From Octopus vulgaris (lineage: Eukaryota), in assembly GCA_951406725.2 (NCBI GenBank), contig OX597828.1:47864001-47928000 (forward strand): a stretch of 64,000 bases of DNA, written 5' to 3'. A program made the position numbers and the translations under genes. Below are positions 40,179-52,429 of the stretch, in pieces (position 1 is the stretch's first letter; each line of letters starts with the position of its first letter). The notes below the pieces were generated by a model. The model saw only the letters and a list, made by a program, of their open reading frames with translations. It ran no database searches and was not told where the DNA came from.

Positions 40179-40699
40179 GTAGTGAATAGATAAGAAGGCT
40201 GATATTTACATGTAAATTATATTTGACTAAGTGACCCTTAATTGTAAACATCCATCTCTGAAATTTTTCCCTTTTTAATTTGATTAAAATTAATGGACAA
40301 AATAACCTCTGACCTAGTTTAGGATCTAGTAGTCATGATTCAAATTTAACGTTAGGGTCATGACAGGGTCGACCCGATCAGACTTCTAAATGTTCCTCCC
40401 TCATTCGTTGCCATCGCAACCTATCGTCCCCCCCTAAACCAACATACTTTTTAATTTGCTTCAAACCCCAGCGCTGTACGCAATAAAGCTGCATAGGCTC
40501 TTAACCAAATGAAAACCACACTGAGATATCCATCCATGCTGCAGAAACCTGTCAGACAGATTTCAATTAAATATATTGTAATAGTACTGTTACAACAGAA
40601 AAATGTGTGGGTGTACTATTCCTCCTTGTTCATTGAATTGTCTCGTATATATATAAATGTGTGTGTGTGTATGTATATATGTATGTATGTTAATAAAAG

Positions 40700-41294
40700 A
40701 TTGAAGACAAGGTGAGAATATCATTGTATAAAATGGTGCTCTCTCTCTCCTTGCGTATTTGCATATTTCCTGTTTGTAAACAGCGCATGCGTACAAATAT
40801 CACCTTCCTGGTTATCCTGTTTGTTTCTCTCCAACGTGTCTCCGACAACAACGTCGCTTTATATTCTAGAATAATTTGCTGCTTTACAAAACAACTCTGG
40901 TACCATTTCTACCTATTATTCTCTCCCTCCCTTTGGTCTACTTGACGCACACAACTCCGATTATCTGTTTGAATATCTTTTTTATAATAAGTTCTCTAAA
41001 TGAAGAAGACAGTGCTTCTTTTTTTTTTTTTACTTCTTAATTTAATTTCTCTACACCTCCGCAATTAAACATTTAATTGGTAACGGAATAATATAATATA
41101 TATTTATGGAGGGATTAAGTGAGCGAGAGACATGTATATATATATATATATCTAGCATGTTGACTGTCCACTTTTCGTGTTCAGTCCTTAATTGGTATAT
41201 ATATATATATATTTATACATTAGAGAGATAGATAGACAAAGGATATCTGATATTGACATGACATCCATTCACTGTGGCTGCACGTTAGAAACTC

Positions 41295-41329
<35 letters not shown>

Positions 41330-42116
41330 CCCTTCCTTTTTCTCATCTGTCACACATGTATGTATGTATATATGTATACATACACACATATACTTTTTTA
41401 GTTTCTCACTCATCTGTAACATACATATCAACATTGATGTATGCAAATATATATATACCCTTCCTTTTTCTCATCTGTCACATGCATGTATGTATACATA
41501 TACATACATATATACACACATATACTTTTTCAGTTTCTCACTCATCTGTAACATACATATCAACAATGATGTATGCAAATATATATATATACAACGCGTA
41601 TATATACAACATATACGTAAACATATACGTGTGTGTACCTGTATCCACTTCACTTTGTCTTAACCACCTACACGTTTTTAATTAACTCGATATAATTGTC
41701 GTCGATCAATTTACCTTAACATTATTTTAGATATATACAATAACAAAACAAACGATTTAATATTTTAATTAAAGTAATTAATTAACTAATAACCCTCAGC
41801 AATATTATAAATTGATATAAATATTAAATAGTTATGTAGAGTTTTTTTTTATTTTTATAAACTCGGTGCTCTTCGTTTCAACAATCTTCTCTTTTTGTTT
41901 GCTCTTAAAATGTATTTCTCTACTTATTCTGTTATATTTTTCCTTTAAATTACTATATTCTTGTCGAGTTAATGTTTTATAACAAAATATGGCAATTCTT
42001 CCAAAATCCCTGATAGTGTCGGTGGAGGGGAAAAAAATAGTTTTTAATTATTTTTTTTGCTTTCAATCTAGTTCGACAGAACTTGTCAAATTTGGGGTTT
42101 TTTGGAAAGAGTGAGT
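40700..42116. promoter_or_regulatory. Putative promoter region and non-coding first exon of SIRT6, possibly bidirectional
   Basis: Retroposon-free stretch with more CpG than its flanks. NRF1-like GCGCATGCGT at 40783. Plus-strand donor GA|GTGAGT at 42111; possible minus-strand donor AAG|GTGATA near 40803. Confidence 0.4.
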
Positions 42117-42929
42117 GTTTGTTTGGAAATCTTAACAAAGAGAATGATCTCTTTATTTTGTCTTTTGTCATTTTTAATCATCGCATTGTTTATTGTTGTT
42201 GTAGTATTTTGGGATCGAAACAATTATTGCTATGGAGTAAACATTGGTTCGTCTTATTCTTACAGTTCGAAGTGTTACGAGTTCATTCCCAAATCACATC
42301 ACTTGAGCTTTTAATTAAGCACCTTTATCCTGTCGCCAATAACTTTGTCAAATCTATTTTTTCTTCTAGAACTAATCGTGTGTGTGTATATATATATAAA
42401 AGGCTGCTTCAGATGTTCATAATTAAAACGTCCTTGACCTCTGCAAGGTTTTAATGTCCAATCTTTTCACAATTCCATCAATCTATCGCGGTTCGCCAGC
42501 TAATTCATTTCATCAACACTGGAATAACAAAAGACAAAATTGACTTTGGCTACATTGGAACATCGCACTATATAAAACAAATAACCGCAATGCATTTTGT
42601 CCAACATTCTAACGACTCCACCTGTTTATTGTTCAGACAAAGTAGTTTAGTTTAGAGAAAGTCGGTCAAAAGACCGTACTTAGGTGTGTATTTGTGTGGC
42701 TAATTTCAAATAAACATCAAAGCTCTATTCGATGAAGTCATCAATTCAAATCGTGCAGACAGCATTATTAGTGTGACACCTTTGCAGCACATATAATATT
42801 AATTTAGGGAATCAAAGAGGGAGCCTTGTACACCTGGTCATTCATCTTGCTAGAGTTTGCTAAAAATTGCATGTTTGTAGGTCTGCTACAGGGGTTTATA
42901 TATATGTCGTATTTTTATGTCAAGTTTTG

Positions 42930-43130
42930 TGCTCCCAGAACCTGTTAAGATGTGGCTTGTCGAGTATGCCTTCAAGAAATTTGTCCAGATATCGTTTGAA
43001 ATTTGTGGGACCTTTATTTTCTTTGAATAGTTTTGGGATAATGTTCAACAGAACAAGTACTGTTGAAGAAAAAATGATTGTGATGCAGTGTGGTTGTATG
43101 TCATGATCCTGATTTGTGTCGGAGTGTATC
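42930..43130 (-). mobile_element. CR1/L2-like C-terminal fragment
   Basis: LNIIPKLFKE...FKRYLDKFLEGILDKP. Confidence 0.5.
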
Positions 43131-43170
43131 TATGGCTCAGAGTCCCAGCCTCTGAAAAATTACCTTACAA

Positions 43171-43280
43171 ACTGTTACTCAGAGTTTCATGTGGCTTGTC
43201 ATCAGGCAGTTGTGATTATTCAGACTCTGTATCATCACAACTGTCCAGTGAATGATTGTGTGAAACCTTGAATAACGGTT
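43171..43280. ncRNA. Inverted pair of hammerhead motifs (minus copy has intact core, plus copy is degenerate)
   Basis: Minus strand: ACTGC CTGATGA caagccacat GAA ACTC t GAGT A ACAGT, stem II weak. A related element end occurs at 56834-56990. Confidence 0.55.
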
Positions 43281-43579
43281 TCTGAAGATTTATTTGGCTT
43301 TAATAAAATAGTATTTTACTCTGCCTTTGGTAGTCAAGTACTATTTTTTCCACCTTGTTTTGCACATATGTGCTTATGTGTGTGTTTATATATATATATA
43401 TATATTATTATTATTATACACTCGCGGAGTGGTTGGCGTTAGGAAGGGCATCCAGCTGTAGAAACACTGCCAGATCAGACTGGAGCCTGGTGCAGTCCCT
43501 GGCTTCCCAGACCCCGGTCGAACCGTCCAACCCGTGCTAGCATGGAAAACGGACGTTAAACGATGATGATGATACACAT

Positions 43580-43623
<44 letters not shown>

Positions 43624-43917
43624 ATTATACACATACACACACACATATATATATTAACATAAAACTGTAACTGTTACTTGCATGCAAGCAAGTATGATCT
43701 AGTTGTATGTACCATGCTTTTGCTGATTTTTTTTTTCTTTCTGATGCCTTTGTAGTCATGAGCAAACAGTCTCCTTCCTGGCCTTCCCACACTTCATCCA
43801 GCTGAACTTGGAAGGATGTGGGATGAAGTGACTTGTTCAAGAATACAATGTGTCACCATGTTCAGTAATTGAAACCACAGTCTTAATGGTTGAAACCCCA
43901 ACACTGTAACCACTACA

Positions 43918-43949
<32 letters not shown>

Positions 43950-43953
<4 letters not shown>

Positions 43954-44083
43954 CCAAACAAGAAAACACAAAAAAACACAGCAACGCGAGGACGTTGAAC
44001 AAATAAAGTATTATTGGACGCTCAGGGAAGAAGGAGGGTTTAACGTTTCGAGCAGAGGTCTTCGTCGGAAACAAAGGAGAAGG
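43950..44083 (-). mobile_element. (TA)n-inserted PLE-like element with minimal hammerhead (44038-44072)
   Basis: GTTT CCGACGA A GACC tct GCTC GAAA CG TT AAAC. Confidence 0.7.
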
Positions 44084-44621
44084 ATATATATATATATATA
44101 TAAAGGAGAATATATATATATGTATATGTGTGTGTGTTTTGGAAATGTAGCAAACCAGTGAAAAATGATATTAATGTTCACTACATGTGATACATAAACT
44201 TAAATATGTGAAGTCTGTACACCAACTGAGAGCTATGTTAACTATCCAAAAAGCAGTGCAATATGAGGGCCAGTTGACATTACTTGGGGGAAAAAGAGTT
44301 AACCATAATTCATCATTATCATCATTTAACATCCAGCATGGGCTTGGATGGTTTGACAGGAGCTGGTAAGGCCGAGGACCACACCAGGCTCCAATTTTCT
44401 ATTTTGACAGGGTTTCTATGGGTGGATGTCTTTCCTAATGCCAACCACTTTACAGGGTGTACTGGGTGCTTTTCATGTGAAACCAGCAAATTTTGTTTGT
44501 TTTTTTTTGTGTTGATGTTGGAATTCAGTATTATTTACTTTTTTTTTTTTTTTTTACCATTTTTGTCCTACATAATCTTTATATTTACTGTTTCTGTTGC
44601 AGGAATACTTAGGAACTCTCT

Positions 44622-44826
44622 ATGTCGGTCAATTATGCTGCTGGACTGTCCCAATATGCGAATAAAGGAAAATGTGGAATTCCAGAAAAGTTCGATACCG
44701 ATGCTGAAGTGGAAGAGAAAATCTTACAACTTACCACGTTGATACGAGAAAGCAAGCATGTTGTATTCCATACTGGTGCCGGTATTAGTACATCTGCTGG
44801 CATTCCAGACTTCAGGGGACCTAAAG
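44622..44826 (+). CDS. SIRT6: NAD-dependent protein deacylase sirtuin-6, coding exon 1
   Basis: [22 protein letters not shown]...[19 protein letters not shown] matches the SIRT6 N-terminus. Donor G|GTAAAT. An upstream acceptor (ttgcag, ends 44602) implies a non-coding first exon. Confidence 0.96.
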
Positions 44827-46489
44827 GTAAATATGTTTTGCACTCCGGTGGCACGTAAAAAGCACCATCCGTTCGTGGCCGTTGCCAGCCTCGCCTGGCC
44901 CCCGTGCCGGTGGCACATAAAAAGCACCATCCAATCGTGGCCGTTTGCCAGACTCATCTGGCACATAAAAAGCACCCACTACACTCACGGAGTGGTTGGC
45001 ATTAGGAAGGGCATCCAGCCGTAGAAACATTGCCATATCAAACTGGGCCTGGTGCAGCCTTCTGGCTTCCCAGACCCCAGTTGAACCGTCCAACCCATGC
45101 TAGCAACCGGTGTTGGTGTGTTTACATCCCTGTAATTTAACAGTTAAGCAAAAGAGTCCGATAGCACCAGGTTCAAAAACAAAGTACTGGAATCCTTCAA
45201 GGTGGTGCCCCCCAGCATGGCCATCGTCTCATGACTGAAACAAGGAGAAGATAAACGATTTAAAGCTGCTGATAGAATCAAAACTCTTGGTTTAGATTTA
45301 TGATGCTGTAGAAAAAGTTACCATTCCAACCGATAGAAGTGAAAAAGTTCTATCAGGAATACTTTCACAGAACAACCTGTTCACTACATCTGCTCCTCAA
45401 CCCTACCCATTTTCTACAGCTGTCACCTACCCCTCCTACATCTGTTCATCATTATATTCATTCCCTAAACCATCACCTACTTTCCCTTACACCCACATTT
45501 TCTGCTCTACTCCTCTGACCTCTGCTTCATAGCTTGAGCGTCCACCCTGAAGCCTCATCATCATTACTTCTATCTGTTTCCAGCTCCATCCCAGTCACTC
45601 ACTCATTCTCTTCTGTTAAGTGAGCAACTCCCTCTCAGTCACAGGGAATCTTACTTAATATTGCAGGCTGCATGGTGACCTCACTGGTGCTGGTGCCACA
45701 GAAAAATCACTCAGTACATGCTATAAAGTAGTTGGTATTATGAAGGGCATCCAGCCATAAAAACCATGCCGAAGTTGGCACTTGAGCATGATGTGGTCCT
45801 TGGACCCATTGGTTCCTGTCAAACTGTCCAAACCATATCAGCATGGAAGGTAGACATTAAATCTATAATAATAAAAGTGAAATTCTGTCTGTCTGTCCAT
45901 CTGGGACCCCTGCTTCTCAGTCTACATTTCCCTATGTAGACACATTATACCTTTTTGGAATCAGGATAATCCCAGGATTGAAAATCTGCCTTTCCTTTGG
46001 TTCTTGAACATCCAGCATTGGGATCTGATTTAAAAGCATTTGGGTTGCTATTTCTAGCAGGTAAAGTTTGGCTGATTCACACCATCTTACTTGGTGTTTT
46101 TCAGATGACGTCAGAGATCAAGGGGGAGATAAATGACATTCGCTTCATTAATTTTACTTTGAGATCAGAACTTTGGGGCAAATTGGCCAACAGTTGGAAA
46201 TCAACTTGGGATTGGAAGAATAGAATGATTGCATTACAGAATTAATTCTCATCCACCCTTAACCTCTGATCAAACACCACTGGTGCATATAGTCATTATA
46301 GACATATTATAGTCATGCTATTTAAGCTGCCTTAATTTTGAGCCACAGGCCCAATTAGCCCTCCACAGGAGCTAGCTTAAAAGTCTACATGGAATGCAGC
46401 TTTTAAGTTAGTGATGAATAAAGGTAAGTCATGGTAGTTGTATGTTGTACATGACAATAATTAATGACTTGTTGGTTCTCTTGAAACAG

Positions 46490-46597
46490 GAGTCTGGACG
46501 CTGGAAATGCGTGGAGAGGAACCTAAAGTTGATATAACATTCGAAAGTGCCAAACCAACTGTAACACACATGGCCCTGGTGGCTCTTGAGAAAGCTG
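46490..46597 (+). CDS. SIRT6: SIRT6 coding exon 2
   Basis: aacag|GA GTC TGG..., reading [36 protein letters not shown], then G|GTAAG. Phase 1-1. Confidence 0.95.
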
Positions 46598-46740
46598 GTA
46601 AGGCTTTAGAATTTTTCATTCCTTTAATAAGTTTATTCTTAAAAATAAGCTGATGATGATAATCGTTTATTAAGAATTAAAAGAGAAAACCATTGTAAAA
46701 GTTATAAACTAGACAGACTTTATGTTTTAAGTAAAACATT

Positions 46741-47228
46741 TTTACATTATTTATATTATTTACATTCAATAAATATTTTTCCTCTTCTTGTTTGTTGTTA
46801 ATACAATGTTTCGGCTGATATACCCTCCAGCCTTCTTCAGGCGTCTTGGGGAAATTTCGAACTTGGTTTCTCATTCCTAAGGTATTTTTCGATGTTGTTA
46901 TTATTATTATTGTTCAGGTCACTGCTTGAAATTGAACTCAAAATCTTGGGGTTAGTAGCCTGCACTCTTAACCACTACACCATATGCCCGCGGGCTACTA
47001 ACCCCAAGATTCCGAGTTCAATTCCAGGCAGTGACCTGAACAATAATAATAACATTGAAAAATACCTTAGGAATCAGAACCCAGGTTCAAAATTTCCCCA
47101 AGACACCTGAAGAAGCCTGGAGGATATATCACCCAAAACATTGTGTTAACAACAAACAAGATGAGGACAAGTATCTGTTGAATGTAGATAATACACATAA
47201 TTCCTCATCTCATAAATATAGAACTGTA
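46741..47228. mobile_element. Inverted dimer of a tRNA-headed, hammerhead-containing SINE (locus 2, SIRT6 intron)
   Basis: Minus copy ~46741-46989; plus copy ~46990-47228. TSD GTAAAACATTTTT at 46731-46743 and 47226-47238. Confidence 0.85.
46802..46845 (-). ncRNA. Minimal type-I hammerhead ribozyme motif (PLE type)
   Basis: GACGC CTGAAGA A GGCTG gagggtatat CAGCC GAAA CATT GTATT. Core intact; stems I and III slightly decayed relative to sister copies. Confidence 0.75.
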
Positions 47229-47267
47229 AAACATTTTTGTTTCTATTTTCTTTTTTTTTTTTTGCAG

Positions 47268-47395
47268 GCTTTGTCCATTTTGTGATCAGCCAGAATATTG
47301 ATGGTCTGCATTTACGTTCAGGGTTTCCACGCAATCGACTTGCTGAGCTTCATGGTAATATGTTCGTTGAGGAATGCGATAAATGTTATATCCAG
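47268..47395 (+). CDS. SIRT6: SIRT6 coding exon 3
   Basis: [43 protein letters not shown], with catalytic His (ELHGN) and the first Zn CxxC. AG/GT boundaries. Confidence 0.96.
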
Positions 47396-47499
47396 GTAAA
47401 AGCTTTTATTTGTTTCTTTTATTTCTTTTACTTGTTTTAGTCATTAGACTGCAGCCATGCTTATTATTATTATTATTATTGTTGTTGTTGTTGTTGTTT

Positions 47500-48480
47500 G
47501 AGGTCAACTTTGCCTTTCATCTGTTCAGGGCCGATAAAATAAGTACCAGTTGAACACTAGGGTTGATGTAATCAACTCATCTCCTCCCCTAAAATGGTTG
47601 CCCTTGTGGCAAAATTTGAAATCATTGTTATTATTATTATTATTATTATTATTAAGGCAGCAAGCTGGCAGAAACGTTAGCACGCTGGACGAAATGCTTA
47701 GCAGTATTTCGTCTGCCACTATGTTCTGAGGTTCAAATTCTGCCGAGGTCGATTTTTTTACCTTTCATCCTTTCAGGGTTGATAAATTAAGTACCAGTTG
47801 AACACTGGGGTCGATGTAACTGACTCATACCCTCCCACAAAATTGCTGCCCTTGTGGGAAAATCTGAAATCATTATTATTATTAAGGCAGCGAGCTGGCA
47901 GAATCGTTAGCATGCCAGGCAAAATGCTTAGCGGTATTTCATCTGCCGCTACATTCTGAATTCAAATTCCCCCAAGATCAACTTTGCCTTTTATCCTCTC
48001 CAGGTTGATAAATTAAGTACCAGTTGAGTACTGGGGTCGAGGTGATCAACTGTCCTCCACTCCCCACAAAATTCAGGCTTTGTGCCTATAGTAGAAAGGA
48101 TTGTTGTTGTTGTTGTTAAGGTAGTGAGCTGGCAGAATCGTTAGTACACTGGACAGAATGCTTAGCGGTATTTTGCTCATTGCTATGTTCCCTCTCTCTC
48201 TTTCGGAGAGGCACTGAGCAGCTATACGCACACATACACACACGGCAGTAACTTCCACCTACCGAATTCAATCACAAAGCTCCAGTCGGCTCGGGGCTAT
48301 AGTGGAAGACACCTACCCAAAGTGTCACGCAGTTCTGAGTTCAAATTCTGCCAATGTCGATTTTGCCTTTCTTCCTTTTCAGGTCAATAAATTAAGTACC
48401 AGTTGAGTATTGGGGTTCAATGTAATTGTCTATCCCCCTCCCCCAAATTTCTGGCTTTGTGCCTATAGTAGAAAGGATTG
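47500..48480 (+). mobile_element. Tandem array of ~4 family C SINEs in a SIRT6 intron
   Basis: Same core with (TTA/TTG)n spacers. Further copies at 16860-17080, 23700-23930 and 55892-56263. Confidence 0.75.
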
Positions 48481-48512
48481 TTATTGTTGTTGTTATTATT
48501 ATTGTTTTTCAG

Positions 48513-48598
48513 TACATCAGTGAGTCGTCAGTACCAACAATGGGTTTGAAACATACAGGTGATTATTGTTTACAGATGAAAATGAGAGGAATTTGCAG
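48513..48598 (+). CDS. SIRT6: SIRT6 coding exon 4
   Basis: ttttcag|YISESSVPTMGLKHTGDYCLQMKMRGIC(R)|GTAAAT, holding the second pair of Zn cysteines. Phase 0-2. Confidence 0.92.
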
Positions 48599-48962
48599 GT
48601 AAATGTCATTGCTGTACCCTCTTGGATTATGTTATCTTTTGTATGCATGTGTGATTGCAACAGGGGTGGGCAGGAGTTGACCAAACGTAGGTCCTAGGTT
48701 CTGATTCAGCAGACCTATAATCAAAGATATTCCCGCCATGATCACCTTGTCTTTCTGTAAATTGAAGAATACAGTGTTGAGTGTATCTTTCTTTCTTTCC
48801 ATAAAGAATGTAGCATGTAATTTGCAGGGGAGTTAATTACTTGACCTGCTAGAGATAGCAGCGATATTTTTATGTGGATAATGTATAGTCTATTGACTAT
48901 TTCTTTTGTGCTAGGCCACTGATAATAATAATTTCTATAATTCTTATTACCCTAATATTATT

Positions 48963-49017
<55 letters not shown>

Positions 49018-49139
49018 CATATACATGTATGGCGAGTTAAGAAATAATTCAGATTCAGTTGAATTAGGTACTTGAGTTGAGGCACCAAGTCAGTCCAGTA
49101 TAATTCGCACAGCTTGAAGTAAGGTGAATAAATTTGGGA

Positions 49140-49870
49140 ATTACCTCCTTACTGATCTAGAGTATGCAGATGATGCCACCCTATTCAGCAACTCAGTTGA
49201 CCAGCTCAGAGGAGTTGGGCGAAGACCAGGCTGATGCATGATGGTAGTGATGCATATTGGCCCCAACATCTTGGAGTTTGTCCACTCCTTCATCTACCTG
49301 GGCACCACATTCACCAAAGATGGAGACCTGACCCCAGAGATTAACCACAGATGTGCTCTGGGTGCCAATGTTATGTACTCCCGATAGAAACCCCTTTGGT
49401 GCCACTGTTCTATCTCCCTGAAGACAAGGCTCCATATCTACAATGCATCGGTCCTCGGCTTTCCTCTATGGAGCAGAAACATGTCCCCCCCCCCCCACCT
49501 CATAAAGACCCTGGCAAAGAGGATCAATGACCTCAACAGCAGAGCCCCAAGGACCATCGAGAACATCAGATGGTACCATTGCATTTCAAACGAAGAGCTG
49601 AAGATAGATCATCGTAACAGTGCCTTAGTCTTGTTCAACAGCAGCTGCAGGCTGGAAGAATCCCTATAGCAGGCCCCGCTCCAGGTGGCTGGACATGGTT
49701 AAGGAAGATCTCCAGAGACTCAACATCATCTTGGAGGATGCAGAAGAGCTGGCACGGGATCGCCAACATTGGCGGGGGCGGGGGGCACTGGTGGACCTGA
49801 TCAGCTCTATGCACAATGGTGCCTCTGAGATTGCTAATCTGGGGTGACCCCAGACCCATCAAGCAAGAAC
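49140..49870 (+). mobile_element. Degenerate RTE-clade LINE 3' fragment (second family)
   Basis: LTDLEYADDATLF, SFIYLGTTF, SLKTRLHIYNASV and LYGAET remnants. Confidence 0.7.
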
Positions 49871-50026
49871 AGAAAGAGAGAGAGAGAGGAGCAATTTTTA
49901 AAGGTAGATTCAAAGGGATGTTGTAGCTCTGTATCATTACAAAACTTAAATAAATGTAATTGATATGGAATATTTGCAGCACAGTAGTAAATTATGAAAG
50001 CTAAACAACGTTTTCATAAAGATTAT

Positions 50027-50435
50027 CGGAACTTTTCGGTTTGAACAGCAGTTTTTAACATAATTTCTAGGTAACTAAAAAATTTTAAACTTCCTATACT
50101 GGTAGAATGTGTTTATAAAACATCTTTTTCTCTTGGCTTTATTGAGAAAATTCTATAGTTTGTAAGATATTTGTTGTTTTTTTCTTCTTCAATTTCTGCA
50201 ATTTCAACCAATCAATGACGTGTATTGAGGTAAATACCATTCTGTGCCGAATTAATATGTCCCTCGTTTAAGAAACAGATTGGGTTTATTTACATTTGTG
50301 AAGAAAAAAAGATACCCTTCCCCCTAACCCTAAAACAGATTGAAATGCAATAGATCGATACTAGGGCCATAATTATGAGTGACAATTTCATATGACACCG
50401 CTAGAAAAAACTGCCGTTCAACCCGAAAAGATCCA
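50027..50435. mobile_element. MITE with ~30-bp imperfect TIRs
   Basis: CGGAACTTTTCGGTTTGAACAGCAGTTTTT and AAAAAACTGCCGTTCAACCCGAAAAGATCC. Related left ends at ~25811 and ~29742. Confidence 0.65.
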
Positions 50436-51052
50436 GATTATCATTTCAATCTCCTATGCTACAAACATCATATACTAAACATTTCGTGTAAATGTAAAAT
50501 TTTATACACCCAGACAATCGATGAGGATAGGAGGAAATATAGGATTTCAATATTGCTTTCATACAGACCTTTGGTGGGGGGATGGATAATATTTTTTTTA
50601 TTAATTTAGAATATATTTAAGAAAACTTAGCGATATATACCTCATTGGTGGCTTGAATAAAACCATGAAACTGAGCAGATTACCTCCCTTGACACACTCC
50701 TGGCAAACAGTGACTTCGTGCTGTTGGTTACTGGGTTTTTTGTTTTGTTTTTTGGTGGGGAATATTGCCAACGGTCAATCTCTGGTTCTCTGTATTTTGA
50801 CAGTGAAATGAGGGCAAGGGAGTCTTATGTAACTAGGTGCAGAACAAATATCACAAGATATATTAGTTTGAGAAACACTTTTTTTTTTTCTCAGTGATGT
50901 TTACATCATTAGTTGATACGCACTCATAAACTAGTGTCACCATCCATATAAGCAGCATTCTTCAGTTCCAAGAACTGGGGTCAATCTAATCAGCTAGCCC
51001 CTTCCCCCTAAAATTGCTGGTCTTGTGCCGAAATATAAAACCATTATTCTGC

Positions 51053-51100
<48 letters not shown>

Positions 51101-51104
<4 letters not shown>

Positions 51105-51319
51105 CATACCAATACATCCAAACAAGAAAGCACAAAAAAACACAACAATGCGAGGACGTGGAACAAATATAGTATTATTGGACGCTCAGGAAAGAAGGAA
51201 AGGAAGGCTTAACGTTTCGAGTGGAGCTCTTCATCGGAAACATAGAAGGAAAGATCCAGAGAAGGGAAGACAGGAAAAAAAATTGCCAACGGTACACACG
51301 AGGTCACATTTTGAAAGCA
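51101..51319 (-). mobile_element. (TA)n-inserted PLE-like element with minimal hammerhead (51207-51241)
   Basis: GTTT CCGATGA A GAGC tcc ACTC GAAA CG TT AAGC. Confidence 0.7.
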
Positions 51320-52429
51320 TATATATATATATATACACATACACACACATCCGTTTCTAAGTGTCAGTGGTGGGGAAGAACAAACACAGACGCAATACAC
51401 ACACATGTATATATATGTATGGCCTCACAGAGGCAATGATGAAGGACTGAGACCTCTGGAGATGTGCTGTGACTGCGAGGACCTGGCAAGTAGAGTGGGT
51501 TCACGGCTGTATCCTGCACCAGTTTCGCATAGCAGGTCCCAGCCCATTCAGAATTACCTTGGATCATAGGGCGACCTACTGTGCTTGAGGAGACCTATTG
51601 AGTCAGGTACATCAACATCAAGATCAGGGTTGAGCGGAGGTTGTGATTGTGATGCCCCTGCCAGTGGCACATAAAAAAAGCACCATCCGAACGTGGCTGA
51701 TGCCAGCGCCGCCTTGATTGGCTTCCATGCCGGTGGCATGTAAAAAGTACCAACCGATCTTGGCTATTACCAGCCTCCTCTGGCCCCTGTGCCGGTGGCA
51801 CATAAAAAGCACCCACTACACTCATGGAGTGGTTGGCGTTAGGAAGGGCATCCAGCTGTAGAAGCACCGCCAGATCTGACTGGCCTGGTGCAGCCTTCGG
51901 GCTCCCCAGACCCCAGTCGAATCGTCCAACCCATGCTAGCATGGAAAACAGACGTTAAACGATGATGATGATGAAAGCAGCTCATGCTATCAAAGTGACA
52001 CTAGGGTGCAAATATAAGAAGCCTAATACACCCATCATAACTACCCATCTGTTAAGAGTACAACAGGCAGAAGCATCACAACCATATGTACACAACATGG
52101 GGACTTAATATCAAGGTAAACAGCGCATGACCTTGCAGGTGGGGTCCGGTTAGAATTTTCTTCAGGTCCAGTAGCCCATCCAGCTTAAGAGGTCCCTGAA
52201 TAAGGATGATGAACAAAACGGTGGGAATTATTCAAATCTCAAAGAATTCCTCTCAACACATTGCTAAGATGCTCCTCCGCTACTTCTGCTCATGATCAGA
52301 GATGCACATATCGTCAGCCACTAAGGGACATGCTCAACTGGTTGAGGTCAAGTGACTAACAAGCAAATTTGTGGCATTGAACAGAATATTTGCTGTAGCC
52401 CATCTTTTATACCAAGACAAAAGATCAGA

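Noticed and set aside
44870-44930. HDV-like ribozyme resemblance (CCAGCCTCGCCTGG)
   Set aside because: Could not build consistent P1, P2 and P1.1 pairings or a proper J4/2 strand; the pseudoknot model fits better.
50320-50335. CCCTAACCCTAA as interstitial telomere
   Set aside because: Only two units, inside a MITE.
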